DNA of 25,432 nucleotides from Chlamydiales bacterium (lineage in GTDB: Bacteria; Chlamydiota; Chlamydiia; Chlamydiales; JBDQID01). Shown here piece after piece: positions 25,213 through 25,432 of the stretch; the stretch's first letter is position 1; every line of letters starts with the position of its first letter. Under the pieces are notes generated by a model, which was not told the origin of the DNA, did no database searches, and saw only the letters and a program-made list of their open reading frames with translations. The stretch is taken from contig JBLFWS010000032.1 of the NCBI GenBank assembly GCA_047611865.1, positions 1-25,432 of the forward strand, written 5' to 3'. Position numbers and translations under genes: made by a program.

Positions 25213-25432
25213 TTTTACCTGCTTGATTCGAATTTTTCATGCACTTAGGAGGGTAATAACTAGAAGCCTAAGAACATAATATTAGTCTAAAGGTAAATAG
25301 GATACAATAATTTGGATTAATGATAAATAGAGATTTGACGATACTATATGTGGGAACTATATGGAGTGGAGCTACTAACAGTCAAAATATAGCCTGAACG
25401 GACTTTGAAAATTCATGAAATCGAATAAACAG

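Noticed and set aside
25219..25432. Loose inverted similarity between 25219-25241 and 25414-25432 and a short ACTATATG direct repeat upstream of aas
   Set aside because: Needs several gaps, is AT-rich and is cut by the window edge; cannot be told from chance.

Overview
Chromosomal window from an environmental Chlamydiota-like intracellular bacterium. The taxon is inferred from the ppa...lysS><cysS-aas neighbourhood, an orphan FtsQ-like gene and Inc-like proteins. The housekeeping backbone comprises partial cutA, a GT2 glycosyltransferase, ftsQ-like, a sugar-1-phosphate nucleotidyltransferase-like gene, ppa, an MBL-rhodanese fusion, a GDPD, lysS, a NapF-like ferredoxin, a wHTH protein, cysS and an acyltransferase-ACP-synthetase Aas. 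Accessory DNA interrupts it in three forms. (i) A candidate secreted-effector cluster (1975-8318): three related bilobed-hydrophobic/coiled-coil proteins plus a CE-clan cysteine protease-like protein. (ii) A decayed ~876-codon gene with a Pol-beta-type nucleotidyltransferase motif between lysS and cysS. (iii) A dense set of nested non-autonomous mobile elements: a 444-bp MITE with perfect 34-bp TIRs carrying a REPIN-like double palindrome and sitting in a 9-mer tandem array, a 210-bp MITE family with 9-bp TSD carrying 9-mer-armed palindromes, a third ~160-bp MITE-like element, and a Mutator-like IS with a broken transposase. No rRNA, tRNA or CRISPR array was seen. All calls are by eye and no database search was run.
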